Numbered from the stretch's first letter, positions 16,757 to 34,600 are shown. The stretch is 47,235 nucleotides of DNA from Candidatus Sumerlaeia bacterium (GCA_038208905.1 JBBQYG010000008.1:1-47235), one strand, 5' to 3'. Translations and numbers: made by a program. The notes: generated by a model not told the origin, from the letters alone.

Positions 16757-18548
16757 GGACGTTCCTCCGTGGGAGTATTGCCGTCGGGATGAATCGCATT
16801 CCGCGATAGCAGACCGATAGCAGGCGATTGTCGTCTCCCACGCCAAGGCTGCGCGGCGTGCGCGCCCACGCGCTATGCAGCGTCACGCGATTGAATCCCA
16901 CGTGAACATCGGATGGATCAAGTCGCACCTGCGCATAGGTGAATGCGCCCGGTTGATCGCGATACACCGCCTTGGGTCGGCCGTTCACCAGTATTGTCAC
17001 CGGATTGTAGGGCGTGAAGTCACCCCCCAGCGTGCCCAACCCAATCTCCAGCAGTCCGCCCTGGCGCCGTTCCAGCGCGAATCCCGTCTCCACCACCGTG
17101 TCGCGACCCCAAGCGTAGTCCTCGCTGCGCACATTGAAGCCGCTGACGAGGAACTCTTTCGAGTGTTGCGCGAACTCCGGGGCGCGGTCGATGGCTTCAG
17201 GGACGCCGGACGCCACTCGAACAATGGGAATCGCCACCAATATTGCCGCCGCGAGTCCAGCGGCCCACGCGGGGGCGGGTCCCCACGTCGGCGTCGGCGC
17301 GCACTCCTCGCCTTCCCTGCAGACAATGGCGACCCCGATTGCGGCCAGCAGAATGGCGTGGGCCATCCAGTGGTGTATATACGTCACGGGTCCGCACAGA
17401 ACCACGGCGAATGCGGCGAGTGCCAACAGGCCGAATCGATCCGCCGCGCGATCGCGACGGAGTACCTCTCGCGCGATCAGCAGGACGGAAGCAACGGCGG
17501 CACAGTAAACTGCGACCCGCAGGTTGACGAGATCGGTGAAGCCGTGGATCGAGGGAAAACGCCAGGCGTCCTCCCCCTGCTCCATCCCCCGGCGAAATGC
17601 GGAGCCGAGGATCCCCTCGATCATAGGGACGACTGCGCCGCGCTGGCTCGCATACGCGAGCAGGGGAATCCCTAGCAGAGCGGAGATCGGCGCAAGTCTC
17701 CGCCCCGGTGTTTCCATCCAGAGCACCGCTGCCACAACGGGGAGCAGCGCCAGCCAGCCCACGCTCATCGTGGCCAGGAATCCACCGATCATCGCGACCA
17801 TCAACGGCCACCGCAGAGCGAGGCTGATCCCAAGCCCCGCGATCAGCGGCCACAACGGCATCGCGTTTCCCCAGTTCAGGTAGGGTCGAGTCGTGGGGAA
17901 GGATAGCCACGCGACTCCGCACAGATAGAATGCCAGCAGCCCGCGGGCGGTTTGCCAGCCTTCTCCGGTTTCGCGCGTTCGCCAGGCCGTCTGGATCAAC
18001 GCGATTCCCGCCGCCGCCGCAGTCGCCCCCAGCAGCGCCAGCCCGACCAGCGAGGCAAATCTCCAATCGAATCCCCAAAGCCGCGCCAACAGAAACGGCA
18101 ACGCTGCGCCCGGCGCGAAGGCGTTCTCCTGCCTATACTCGTCGAAGCCGAACTTGCGGCCGTAGATTCCCTCGCCCGACTCCATCGCCGATGCCACCTC
18201 GGTCAGGAGTCCGAGCTGAGCACCCTCCCGCGCAGAGACCGGAACGCGGAATATTTCGCCCGTCCCCTGCCACGAAAAGACACCGAACGCATGGACCCAC
18301 GCCACCACCAGCGCGACGGCGACCACCATGATCAGTGCGTCGGTTCCATTGCGGGCCGCGCCCGGCGAGGGAGCAGGCGCCCTCCGCCGCAGCAGGGGCC
18401 AATGCGCCGCGACCAGTCCCGCGACGATGGCCAGCGCCCACGGCGTTCCCGCCGGGCGGTAAACTTCCGTCTTCTGGAGCAGGTAGATCGCCGCGCTGGT
18501 GGCGGCGCAGGAAACTAGAATGGGATGGAGCCGAATGTCTCGAATCAT
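16740..18548 (-). CDS. Polytopic membrane protein, GT-C-type glycosyltransferase-like, with C-terminal extracytoplasmic beta domain
   Basis: About 11-13 hydrophobic segments, loop GEGIY..NAFAPG after the early TMs, soluble C-terminus ending DNRLLSV. ATG overlaps the upstream stop (ATGA). Confidence 0.6.
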   Translation of the reverse strand: MIRDIRLHPILVSCAATSAAIYLLQKTEVYRPAGTPWALAIVAGLVAAHWPLLRRRAPAPSPGAARNGTDALIMVVAVALVVAWVHAFGVFSWQGTGEIFRVPVSAREGAQLGLLTEVASAMESGEGIYGRKFGFDEYRQENAFAPGAALPFLLARLWGFDWRFASLVGLALLGATAAAAGIALIQTAWRTRETGEGWQTARGLLAFYLCGVAWLSFPTTRPYLNWGNAMPLWPLIAGLGISLALRWPLMVAMIGGFLATMSVGWLALLPVVAAVLWMETPGRRLAPISALLGIPLLAYASQRGAVVPMIEGILGSAFRRGMEQGEDAWRFPSIHGFTDLVNLRVAVYCAAVASVLLIAREVLRRDRAADRFGLLALAAFAVVLCGPVTYIHHWMAHAILLAAIGVAIVCREGEECAPTPTWGPAPAWAAGLAAAILVAIPIVRVASGVPEAIDRAPEFAQHSKEFLVSGFNVRSEDYAWGRDTVVETGFALERRQGGLLEIGLGTLGGDFTPYNPVTILVNGRPKAVYRDQPGAFTYAQVRLDPSDVHVGFNRVTLHSAWARTPRSLGVGDDNRLLSVCYRGMRFIPTAILPRRNVLARSE

Positions 18549-19021
18549 GCCGCGCCCGGGGAGGAATCGCTCTCGCGCGTCAGCGCGAAGCGTCCACCCC
18601 CAAGCCACACTGGAACCGCCGCGATGGCAATGAATACCGTGTTGCGGGCGATGGAGGCCCAGCTAACCTTCGACTCGCCAAAGAGCCCGCCAAAGCACCC
18701 GCAGTCCACGTCGAGCCCGCGCACCAGCACGCTGGCCAGGCCCAGGGTGAAGGCCGCCAGCATCGCCGTCGCCAGCGCCGCCGACTCACGCGCCCACACG
18801 CCCAGAATCAGCGCCGCCGCGATCACAATCTCGAACCACGGCAGGAAGTACGCCACGGGGAGGAGCAACCTACCCGGGACGAGTTCGAACGACTCGATCG
18901 CGAGCGCAAACGCCGTCGGCCCGCCTTGCAGCTTTGTGTACCCCGCAAGCAGCAGCACCCCCGCCGTGGCGAGGCGCGCCACCAGCGATCCAACCGAAAC
19001 GCCCGTGCTCGATCTGTTCAA
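18545..19021 (-). CDS. MauE/DoxX family redox-associated membrane protein
   Basis: ARL..AGVLLLAGYTKL, LPWFEI, RGLDVDCGCFGG, IARN. TTG 19021 overlaps the rhodanese stop (TTGA). Confidence 0.85.
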   Translation of the reverse strand: MNRSSTGVSVGSLVARLATAGVLLLAGYTKLQGGPTAFALAIESFELVPGRLLLPVAYFLPWFEIVIAAALILGVWARESAALATAMLAAFTLGLASVLVRGLDVDCGCFGGLFGESKVSWASIARNTVFIAIAAVPVWLGGGRFALTRESDSSPGAA

Positions 19022-19542
19022 GGGAGCGTCTCCGGTGTGCCCTGCTCCACCGCAAGCCCCGCGTCGCGCCAAGCAGGGTAGCCGGGAACGAAAACGTACA
19101 CCTCCGCGAAGTCGAACTCGTGGAGCATCTTCTTCACCTTGTGGGAGGCGTCGCAGTCGCCGCCGTCGCAATACACAATGATCGGCTGGTCCGGCGGAAG
19201 GTAGTCGAGTTGCTTCGGCTTGCCGGAAAGGAAATCCTCAAACGGCAGATGCGTCGCGCCGGGAATGTGCCCGGCCACGAAGTTCTCCAGGGGCCGCGCG
19301 TCCACGATCGCCGCCGTGCCGGCGTTGTAGTGATCCGTCAGCCAGTTCAGTTCGTAGCGATCCGTGCTGGTCTCCGCGGGCGTCGCGCCTAGCGGATTCG
19401 CAGAGTCCGTCTCACCGCCGGTGCTTGCCGACGGGGGAGGGGCCGCCGCCTTGCGACTCGGGGCCATCCCGGCCTGCCCGGCGGCAAGCAGGACCGCCGC
19501 CAGCAGCAGGATCGCCGCCCTCCCAATTCGCCGTTCGATCAT
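19018..19542 (-). CDS. Exported rhodanese-like domain protein
   Basis: N-terminal signal-like segment, IVDAR...FVAGHIPGA, active loop VYCDGGDCDAS, GYPAWRDAG. Confidence 0.88.
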   Translation of the reverse strand: MIERRIGRAAILLLAAVLLAAGQAGMAPSRKAAAPPPSASTGGETDSANPLGATPAETSTDRYELNWLTDHYNAGTAAIVDARPLENFVAGHIPGATHLPFEDFLSGKPKQLDYLPPDQPIIVYCDGGDCDASHKVKKMLHEFDFAEVYVFVPGYPAWRDAGLAVEQGTPETLP

Positions 19543-19546
19543 CCCG

Positions 19547-20698
19547 TCACGACCCCTTGTGCGGGGCGGTGGGAAGCTGGCGCGGCGGCGTCGCCTGATT
19601 GCGCGCGGGCTCGGCGATGGTCCTCACCGTGAACGGCAGGTTCATCGTCGTGCGGGCGCCGGTGCCGGGATTCTCCAGCGTCACGATCAGCGAGCCGGGA
19701 TAGTTCTTCGGCGGCCCCTGGTTGTTGATCGTCGCCACGATCATCTGGGTGCCGGGATTCGTGCCGGACTGCACTTCGAAGCTGGCGGGGAACTCGCCGT
19801 TGGGCTTCACTTCCACCACGCGGAACGGCGTCCCCGTGCGCGAGGTGAGCGTCATCGTCCGGCTCGTCGGCTCGCTACCCCTCAACGCCACATACATGCG
19901 CGGTGGATTGGCCACCACATCGCCCAGAATATTCGCGCGAATCAGAACGCCGGGGAGGTAGGTTGACTTGTCGGTCTTCACCGTGAACTGCGTATTAAGC
20001 ATCTGCTGCGGCATCGACTCTGGCAACTCGACCTCGAACACAAACTCCGTTCCTGTCCGCCCGCCATCGACGCGGGGCTTCTCCTCAAGGAGCTTCGCCG
20101 TCACGCGCTCGTCTGCGACCGTGTAGCTCTCGAGCTTGGTCCCTCCTTCCTCGAAGGAAATCAGGCTCACGCGCTGCGTCGCCTTCTTCCCCTGGTCCAC
20201 GTTGCCGAAGTTCAGCATCGCGGGCTCCAGATAGAGCTTGGCGACCACCTTTCCCGTGAAGGTCACGCGATAGTCTTTCTGCGCTGCGTCGTTGGTCACC
20301 ACCGTCACCGTGCGGTTGGTCGTCCCGCGCTTGCCGCTCGTGTTGTAAGTGAGCTTGAAGGAGAAGGATTCGCCCGCCGGGATTTGCTTGGGATAGGAAC
20401 CCGCTGCCGCCGTGCATCCGCAGCCCGTCACGAAGGACTCGATCGTCACCGCCCGGTCGGAGGCGTTCTCGACCGTGTAGTCCACATCGACGACATTCCC
20501 CTCGTCCACCGTGCCGAAGTCCACGGCGCCGTTGGCGAACTTCAGCGCCGGCGCCACTTGGGCCCCGCCCGGTGTCGCCACCACTTCCGACTCCGTATTG
20601 CCATCCGCCGCCGGCGGAATCGGCTGGGCCATGGCGGCCCCGGAAAGAAGCGATATGGCAATCAACGAGAGAGCAAAGCGCAAAAGCGACGGATTCAT
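19547..20698 (-). CDS. Exported DUF1573 (Ig-like) domain protein with CGC motif
   Basis: Signal peptide ending AMA|Q; VDFGTV..YTVEN...TGCGCT...IPAGES..VTVVTND; two further Ig-like repeats (LNFGNV, PPRMYV). Confidence 0.82.
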   Translation of the reverse strand: MNPSLLRFALSLIAISLLSGAAMAQPIPPAADGNTESEVVATPGGAQVAPALKFANGAVDFGTVDEGNVVDVDYTVENASDRAVTIESFVTGCGCTAAAGSYPKQIPAGESFSFKLTYNTSGKRGTTNRTVTVVTNDAAQKDYRVTFTGKVVAKLYLEPAMLNFGNVDQGKKATQRVSLISFEEGGTKLESYTVADERVTAKLLEEKPRVDGGRTGTEFVFEVELPESMPQQMLNTQFTVKTDKSTYLPGVLIRANILGDVVANPPRMYVALRGSEPTSRTMTLTSRTGTPFRVVEVKPNGEFPASFEVQSGTNPGTQMIVATINNQGPPKNYPGSLIVTLENPGTGARTTMNLPFTVRTIAEPARNQATPPRQLPTAPHKGS

Positions 20699-20706
20699 TG
20701 ATATTC

Positions 20707-21534
20707 CTATTGTTTCAGATTAAGCACGTCGTTGAGGCTGCCACTGCGAAAGCCTGCAAGGTCCAGCGAAACCCAGAGAAAGCCGATGCGGCGCAGTTCC
20801 GAAACGATTCGGTCGCGGTGGGCCATGACGAGGTCGAACTGGTCCGGCGTGGCCTCGATGCGCACGACGCGATCATGGTGGCGGCAGCGGAACTCGCGCA
20901 AGCCGATCCCGCGGAGGTATCGCTCCGCCTGGGCAATCTGATCCAGTTTCTCCCGCGTGATCGGCTCGCCATAGGGAACCCGCGAACTCAGGCACGGCGA
21001 GGACGGCTTGTCGTGGTTGGGCAGGCCAAAGCGCCGCGCCAAGGCGCGCACCGCGTCCTTGCCGATGCCGCATTCGCGCAACGGCGACCGCACCGCGCGC
21101 TCCGCCACGGCCTTCATCCCCGGGCGATAGTCCCCCGCGTCGTCGGCGTTGCTCCCGTCAAGGACCGCGTCGAATCCGCGCTCGTCCGCCAGGGCCGTCA
21201 GCCGACCATAGAGCTCGCTCTTGCAAAAGTAGCAGCGATTCGTGGGATTCTCCGCATAGTTGGGAATCGCCAACTCGCTGTACTCGATAGCCTCGAACTG
21301 AAACCCGTGCTCCGCGGCCACCGCCGCGCACAGGGCGATGTCCTCGCCCGTGTTGGATTCCGACCGGGCCGCCACGCACAGCACCCGCTCCGCCCCCAGG
21401 GCCATCGTCGCGGCCTTGGCCACAACCGATGAATCCACCCCCCCGGAGAACGCGACAATAACGCGCCCCCCATAGGAGCGAATGGCCTCCTCCAGCGGTG
21501 CGATCATCGAATCTGTCGGCGTCTCGGTCGTCAT
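20707..21534 (-). CDS. larE: LarE-family PP-loop ATP-dependent sulfur transferase
   Basis: VAFSGGVDS PP-loop, NRCYFCK, DGSNADD..DYRPG, SPL, KPSSPCLSSRVPYG, FRSGSLN. ATG 21534. Confidence 0.92.
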   Translation of the reverse strand: MTTETPTDSMIAPLEEAIRSYGGRVIVAFSGGVDSSVVAKAATMALGAERVLCVAARSESNTGEDIALCAAVAAEHGFQFEAIEYSELAIPNYAENPTNRCYFCKSELYGRLTALADERGFDAVLDGSNADDAGDYRPGMKAVAERAVRSPLRECGIGKDAVRALARRFGLPNHDKPSSPCLSSRVPYGEPITREKLDQIAQAERYLRGIGLREFRCRHHDRVVRIEATPDQFDLVMAHRDRIVSELRRIGFLWVSLDLAGFRSGSLNDVLNLKQ

Positions 21535-21748
21535 GGCTCCACGGAACTGGCAAATTCTGTGTCGGAACCGGTTCTGCGGCAAGGCGGAAGTGGGCGGACC
21601 TCGCGGAAACCTGGGATCCGACGCCCTAGATCGCGGCGTGCAATAGCTGTGAAAAAACCCTTGCGTTGGATGCCCGCGTTCATCCTACTTCCGGCCCCTC
21701 GGATGTGGATTTTCGGTGGGCGGGCAGGGTAGCGCCCGGAGGCGATGT

Positions 21749-21824
21749 AGGGGTATAGCTCAACTGGTAGAGCGACGGTCTCCAAAACCGTAGGTTGGGG
21801 GTTCAAGTCCCTCTGCCCCTGCCA
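21749..21824 (+). tRNA. trnW: tRNA-Trp (CCA)
   Basis: 76 nt. Acceptor stem AGGGGTA/TGCCCCT, D arm GCTC..GAGC, anticodon arm ACGGT-CTCCAAA-ACCGT, T loop TTCAAGT, encoded CCA end. Typical position before secE. Confidence 0.97.
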
Positions 21825-21900
21825 TCTCACTCAAGATGACCTCGATACCGCGCGCGGACGGCAGGCAAGGCCGCGAGGGCGGGAGAACAACGGAGCCGGT

Positions 21901-22107
21901 ATGTCGGATAACATCGGGATGTTCGCAAAAACGAGGGTCTTCTTCGGCGAAGTGCGCACGGAGCTGTCCAAGGTCGTATGGCCGAGCCAGGAGCAGGTGA
22001 AAACCTATACCCTGGTGGTGCTTTCCACCTGTGCGATCCTGTCGATACTCATCGGCATCTGGGATCTTGGGCTCACGCAACTCGTCAAGTTGATCTTCGG
22101 TCTCTAG
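21901..22107 (+). CDS. secE: Preprotein translocase subunit SecE
   Basis: FFGEVRTELSKVVWPS plus a single TM; lies between tRNA-Trp and nusG; GGAG RBS. Confidence 0.95.
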   Translation: MSDNIGMFAKTRVFFGEVRTELSKVVWPSQEQVKTYTLVVLSTCAILSILIGIWDLGLTQLVKLIFGL

Positions 22108-22228
22108 GCGGGCTGGCCAGTTCAGGCCCGGCACCCGCCGCGAACCTTTCAATCAACCGACAAGCCAACACCCCGCCTCCGGGCGGCGGCGAGCCCACGA
22201 GACGGGCGACTCGAAACGGGGATGACTC

Positions 22229-22759
22229 GTGAACTGGTACGCGATCTACACGCACTCGGGCTTCGAAAAAAAGGTTAAGCGCGATATCGAGCATCGTGCC
22301 TCGATCGAGGGCCTGCGCCACGAGCTCGGCGAGATCCTCATCCCCGAGGAGCGCATCGTCGAGATCAAGGACGGCAAGCGCAAGGAGTCCTCGCGCAACT
22401 TCATGCCGGGATATGTCTTCGTTCAGATGGCTGGGAACGAGGAGCTGTTCAAGATGATCCGCGAGGTCAACGGCGTCTCCATGTTCGTCGGCACGTCCGA
22501 CGACAAGCCCTCGATCATCACGGACGAGGAAGTGCGCAACGTGGTGGGCCTGATCGAGGACAAGCAGGACAAGCCCAAGCCGGAGATCAAGTTCCGCAAG
22601 GGCGATCAGGTGAAGGTCATCGAGGGGCCGTTTGCGAACTTCGTGGGGACGGTGGACGGCATCGACCACGACCGCGCGCGCCTCAAGGTAATGGTTTCGA
22701 TCTTCGGGCGCTCGACTCCCGTTGATCTCGCAGTGCTCGAAGTGGAAAAGGCCAGCTAG
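22229..22759 (+). CDS. nusG: Transcription termination/antitermination factor NusG
   Basis: WYAIYTHSGFEKKV, FMPGYVFV, KOW GDQVKVIEGPFANF, SIFGRSTPV; GTG start. Confidence 0.97.
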   Translation: MNWYAIYTHSGFEKKVKRDIEHRASIEGLRHELGEILIPEERIVEIKDGKRKESSRNFMPGYVFVQMAGNEELFKMIREVNGVSMFVGTSDDKPSIITDEEVRNVVGLIEDKQDKPKPEIKFRKGDQVKVIEGPFANFVGTVDGIDHDRARLKVMVSIFGRSTPVDLAVLEVEKAS

Positions 22760-22825
22760 CCGGCCGGGTCGTTTGGTTAAGCGCAGCGCGGCCCCGCAGG
22801 GGCCCCCCAATTCGGAGAAGGTTTC

Positions 22826-23257
22826 ATGGCAAAGAAAGTCACAGCGCAAGTCAAGCTCCAGTGCCCCGCGGGCGCGGCCAACCCGGCCCCGCCGGTCGGC
22901 CCCGCACTGGGCCAGCACGGCATCAACATCATGGACTTCTGCAAGCAGTTCAACGCGCGCACGAACTCCCCCGAGCAGAAGGGCCTCGTCATCCCCGCCC
23001 TCATCACCGTCTATTCGGATCGCTCCTTCACGTTCGAGCTGAAGACGCCCCCCGCCCCGATTCTCCTCCTCCGCGCCGCCGGCGTCGAGAAGGGCGCTGG
23101 CGTCCCCAACAAGAACAAGGTGGGCAAGGTCACCCGCGCCCAGGTCGCCGAGATCGCAAAGATGAAGATGCGCGACCTCAACGCCGGCAGCCCGGAGACC
23201 GCCGCCAGCATGATCGCCGGAACCGCCCGCAGCATGGGCATCGAAGTCGTCGACTAA
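22826..23257 (+). CDS. rplK: 50S ribosomal protein L11
   Basis: [39 protein letters not shown]. Confidence 0.98.
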   Translation: MAKKVTAQVKLQCPAGAANPAPPVGPALGQHGINIMDFCKQFNARTNSPEQKGLVIPALITVYSDRSFTFELKTPPAPILLLRAAGVEKGAGVPNKNKVGKVTRAQVAEIAKMKMRDLNAGSPETAASMIAGTARSMGIEVVD

Positions 23258-23295
23258 GCGGCCCACCGGGCCGAAACGCAGCACCACCCCCTTGC

Positions 23296-23329
23296 GTGGG
23301 AGGGCCGCACAGCGGCCCGCTGGAACCAC
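23296..23329 (+). promoter_or_regulatory. Putative ribosomal protein L1 autoregulatory mRNA site upstream of rplA
   Basis: GTGGGAG-GGCCGC-ACA-GCGGCC-CGCTGGAA-CCAC: outer GTGG/CCAC stem, GAG-containing asymmetric loop and inner 6-bp hairpin, directly before the GGAG RBS of rplA. Confidence 0.7.
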
Positions 23330-23341
23330 CGGAGAATCAGC

Positions 23342-24079
23342 ATGGCCAAGCATGGCAAGAAGTACACTGAGAAGGCGAAGCTCGTCGATCCCGCCAAGCG
23401 CTACACCGTCGCCGAGGCCGCGGCCCTGCTCAAGCAGGTCGCCTTCGCCAAGTTCAACGAGTCGTTGACGCTCGACATCCGCCTCGGCGTCGATCCCCGC
23501 GCCGCCGACCAGCAGGTCCGCGGCACCGTGGCCCTTCCCCACGGCACCGGCAAGACGATCCGCGTCGCGGTTTTCGCCAAGGGCGACAAGGTTCGCGAGG
23601 CCGAGGAGGCCGGCGCGGATATTGTTGGCGGCGACGACCTGGCGGACAAGGTGCAGAACGGGTTCCTTGACTTCGACGCGGCCATCGCGACGCCCGACAT
23701 GATGCGCGTCGTCGGCAAGCTCGGCAAGGTCCTCGGCCCCCGCAACATGATGCCCAACCCCAAGGCGGGCACCGTGACGATGAACGTCAAGGACGCCGTC
23801 CTCGCGCTCAAGGCCGGTCGCGTCGAGTACCGCCTCGACCGCTTCGCCATCGTCCACGTAAGCGTTGGCAAGGCCGCCTTCACCGAGCAGCAGATCGCGG
23901 AGAACGTGCAGTCGCTCCTCGATGCGCTCTGGAAGGCCAAGCCCGCCGCAGCCAAGGGCAAGTACATCCGCTCGATCTGCCTTTCGAGCACCATGAGCCC
24001 CGGCATCCGCATCAACTCCGACGAAGCCGAGCTTGGCAGCGTCGCCGAAAAGGCCGCAGCAGCAGCGGCGGCAGGCTGA
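23342..24079 (+). CDS. rplA: 50S ribosomal protein L1
   Basis: [50 protein letters not shown]. Confidence 0.98.
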   Translation: MAKHGKKYTEKAKLVDPAKRYTVAEAAALLKQVAFAKFNESLTLDIRLGVDPRAADQQVRGTVALPHGTGKTIRVAVFAKGDKVREAEEAGADIVGGDDLADKVQNGFLDFDAAIATPDMMRVVGKLGKVLGPRNMMPNPKAGTVTMNVKDAVLALKAGRVEYRLDRFAIVHVSVGKAAFTEQQIAENVQSLLDALWKAKPAAAKGKYIRSICLSSTMSPGIRINSDEAELGSVAEKAAAAAAAG

Positions 24080-24178
24080 AACTGGGTCCCCCCAACCGGG
24101 GACCCCACAGATTTTGCCGCCTAGCGGCGGCGAAACCGGATTCCCGAGAGGGAACCGGCAACATCACACACGACTCGT

Positions 24179-24258
24179 GTGGCCAAAGACAGCGGGACAC
24201 CTCCCCGATTTTTGCGGGGGGTGTTAAAGGAACCAGGTTCCCACTCCCGCCGAGGCTC
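24179..24258 (+). promoter_or_regulatory. Putative L10 leader (rplJL autoregulatory RNA)
   Basis: CCAAAGACAGCGGG...GTTAAA...CCCGCCGAGG resembles the L10-leader core (AGACAGYAGG...TTAA...CCTRCCGAGG); lies in the 309-nt rplA-rplJ spacer. Confidence 0.72.
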
Positions 24259-24388
24259 GAGCAACCGCAAGAACGGAATTCTCCCACCCGCGCCTCCCGC
24301 GCGGCCCAGGGACGGAACCTCCCGAATCGCGCGGCCCCGGGCGCAAGGTCGAAAAGCCCCGGGTCCAAGCGAAAGGAGGTGACAACAG

Positions 24389-24964
24389 GTGGCAAAACTC
24401 GGACGCGAAGCAACGAAGCGTCGCGGCATGGCCCCCAAGGTCGCCCAAGTCGAGCAGATGACGGCGGTCCTCAAGAGCGGCCAAGGATGGTTCATCCTCG
24501 CCCGCAACAAGGGACTGACCTACGGCCAGGCCACGGACCTGCGCGCAAAGGCGCGCGCGGCGAAGGTGAAGATCAAGGTGTCCAAGAACACCCTGCTCCG
24601 CATCGCCCTGACCAACGCGGGATTCGATCCCGCGCCGCTCAAGGGCCTGCTCAAGCTGGAAACCCTTGTCGCTGTCGGCACGGAGGATCCCGTGACGCCG
24701 GCCAAGCTGCTGGTGGACTTCATGAAGGCCAATGAGGGGAAGCTTGAAATCAAGGGCGGTTTCCTTGATGGCAAGGTCCTCAGCGCAGACGAAATCCGCA
24801 ATCTCGCAACCCTTCCGGGACGCGACGAACTGCTGGCCAAGATGCTGGGCAGCATGATGGCGCCGGTCCAGAACCTCGTCTATGCGCTCAACCAGACGGT
24901 ATCCAAGGTCGTTTACGTCGTGGATGCCCGTCGTCGGCAGCTCGAAGAAGGAAACGCGGCCTAA
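24389..24964 (+). CDS. rplJ: 50S ribosomal protein L10
   Basis: [42 protein letters not shown]; strong AAGGAGGT RBS before GTG. Confidence 0.96.
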   Translation: MAKLGREATKRRGMAPKVAQVEQMTAVLKSGQGWFILARNKGLTYGQATDLRAKARAAKVKIKVSKNTLLRIALTNAGFDPAPLKGLLKLETLVAVGTEDPVTPAKLLVDFMKANEGKLEIKGGFLDGKVLSADEIRNLATLPGRDELLAKMLGSMMAPVQNLVYALNQTVSKVVYVVDARRRQLEEGNAA

Positions 24965-25046
24965 CAAGGCACGCGTGGTTCCGAACACTCGACCCGCGGG
25001 GAATGGCCCAGCGCCCCCCCGCCAACACGATAAGGAGAATCGTTCA

Positions 25047-25421
25047 ATGGCCCTCACCAAGGAAGAGATCGTCAACGCGATCAAGGAAATGCCGCTTCTC
25101 GAAGTTGCGGCTCTCGTCAAGATGATGGAGACGGAATTCGGCGTCAGCGCGGCCCCCGTGGCCGTCGCTGGTGGTGGTGGCGCCGCCGCCGCCGCCCCCG
25201 TCGAGGAGAAGACCGAGTTCACGGTGATCCTCAAGGATGCCGGCAAGGACAAGATCAAGGTGATCAAGGAAGTCCGCGCGATCACCAACCTTGGCCTGAA
25301 GGAAGCCAAGGACCTCGTCGAGGGCGCCCCCAAGGAAGTCGTCAAGGACGTCACGAAGGACGCGGCCGCCATGGTCAAGAAGCAGCTCGTGGATGCCGGC
25401 GCGGTCGTCGAGGTCAAGTAA
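25047..25421 (+). CDS. rplL: 50S ribosomal protein L7/L12
   Basis: [53 protein letters not shown] before ATG 25047. Confidence 0.98.
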   Translation: MALTKEEIVNAIKEMPLLEVAALVKMMETEFGVSAAPVAVAGGGGAAAAAPVEEKTEFTVILKDAGKDKIKVIKEVRAITNLGLKEAKDLVEGAPKEVVKDVTKDAAAMVKKQLVDAGAVVEVK

Positions 25422-25448
25422 GGTTCAAGTCACCTTCGCGGTGGCGGG

Positions 25449-25483
25449 GCTGGGGCGGGGGAGGAGCATTTCCCCGCCCCGGC
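25449..25483 (+). terminator. GC-rich hairpin after rplL (possible attenuator/terminator before rpoB)
   Basis: GCTGGGGCGGGG / CCCCGCCCCGGC 12-bp stem (one G-U). No clear U-tract. Confidence 0.4.
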
Positions 25484-25789
25484 TGCCTTGCCTTCCTCAC
25501 GCCCCGATGGGGGCGGGTTTGTCCTTGACAGCCCGTCGCCCCGCAGGCGGAATGAATCTTGCCAAGCCTCTTCATGCAGGCGGTTTGACACCCCAAGGGC
25601 CCAGCCGTTGAGCCGAATCCATTATTTGTCCGAAGTACATAGCACCCACAGCAATGGCCGCACCCCGACAGCGGGCGGGATGCGGAATCGTCGTTTTACC
25701 GCCCACGGTCTTTCCCGGCTTGCCGGTTTGGACTTGGGGTAGCCCGCTAACAGCGTTCTTTGCCAATTTTCCAAGGAGGTCACCGCTGG

Positions 25790-30076
<4,287 letters not shown>

Positions 30077-30145
30077 CGGACTGCGGAAGTCGAAGCAACC
30101 ACACTCCACACTTCTCCCACGAACTCCCAAAGGGGACCACGAGAG

Positions 30146-34540
<4,395 letters not shown>

Positions 34541-34566
34541 GCCCGCCGCACCGCACGCCAACACCT

Positions 34567-34600
34567 AATCGCCCGGCCCCTCAGTGGGGCCGGGCGATTT
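34567..34600 (+). terminator. Intrinsic terminator after rpoC
   Basis: AATCGCCCGGCCCC-TCAGT-GGGGCCGGGCGATT perfect 14-bp stem ending in T residues. Confidence 0.75.

Noticed and set aside
16756..16900. TPP riboswitch upstream of thiE
   Set aside because: The upstream sequence is coding (overlapping gene), and no CTGAGA-type TPP core is seen there.
21651..21702. Possible stable-RNA promoter for tRNA-Trp (A-tract, TTGCGT, GC-rich discriminator-like run)
   Set aside because: The -10 hexamer is not convincing. A promoter must exist in this spacer, but I cannot place it.
24040..24079. Poly-Ala C-terminal tail of L1 ([10 protein letters not shown])
   Set aside because: A short low-complexity extension, common in ribosomal proteins and without evident significance.
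25525..25590. Two perfect TTGACA hexamers in the rplL-rpoB spacer
   Set aside because: No acceptable -10 element 16-18 nt downstream of either, so a promoter cannot be supported.
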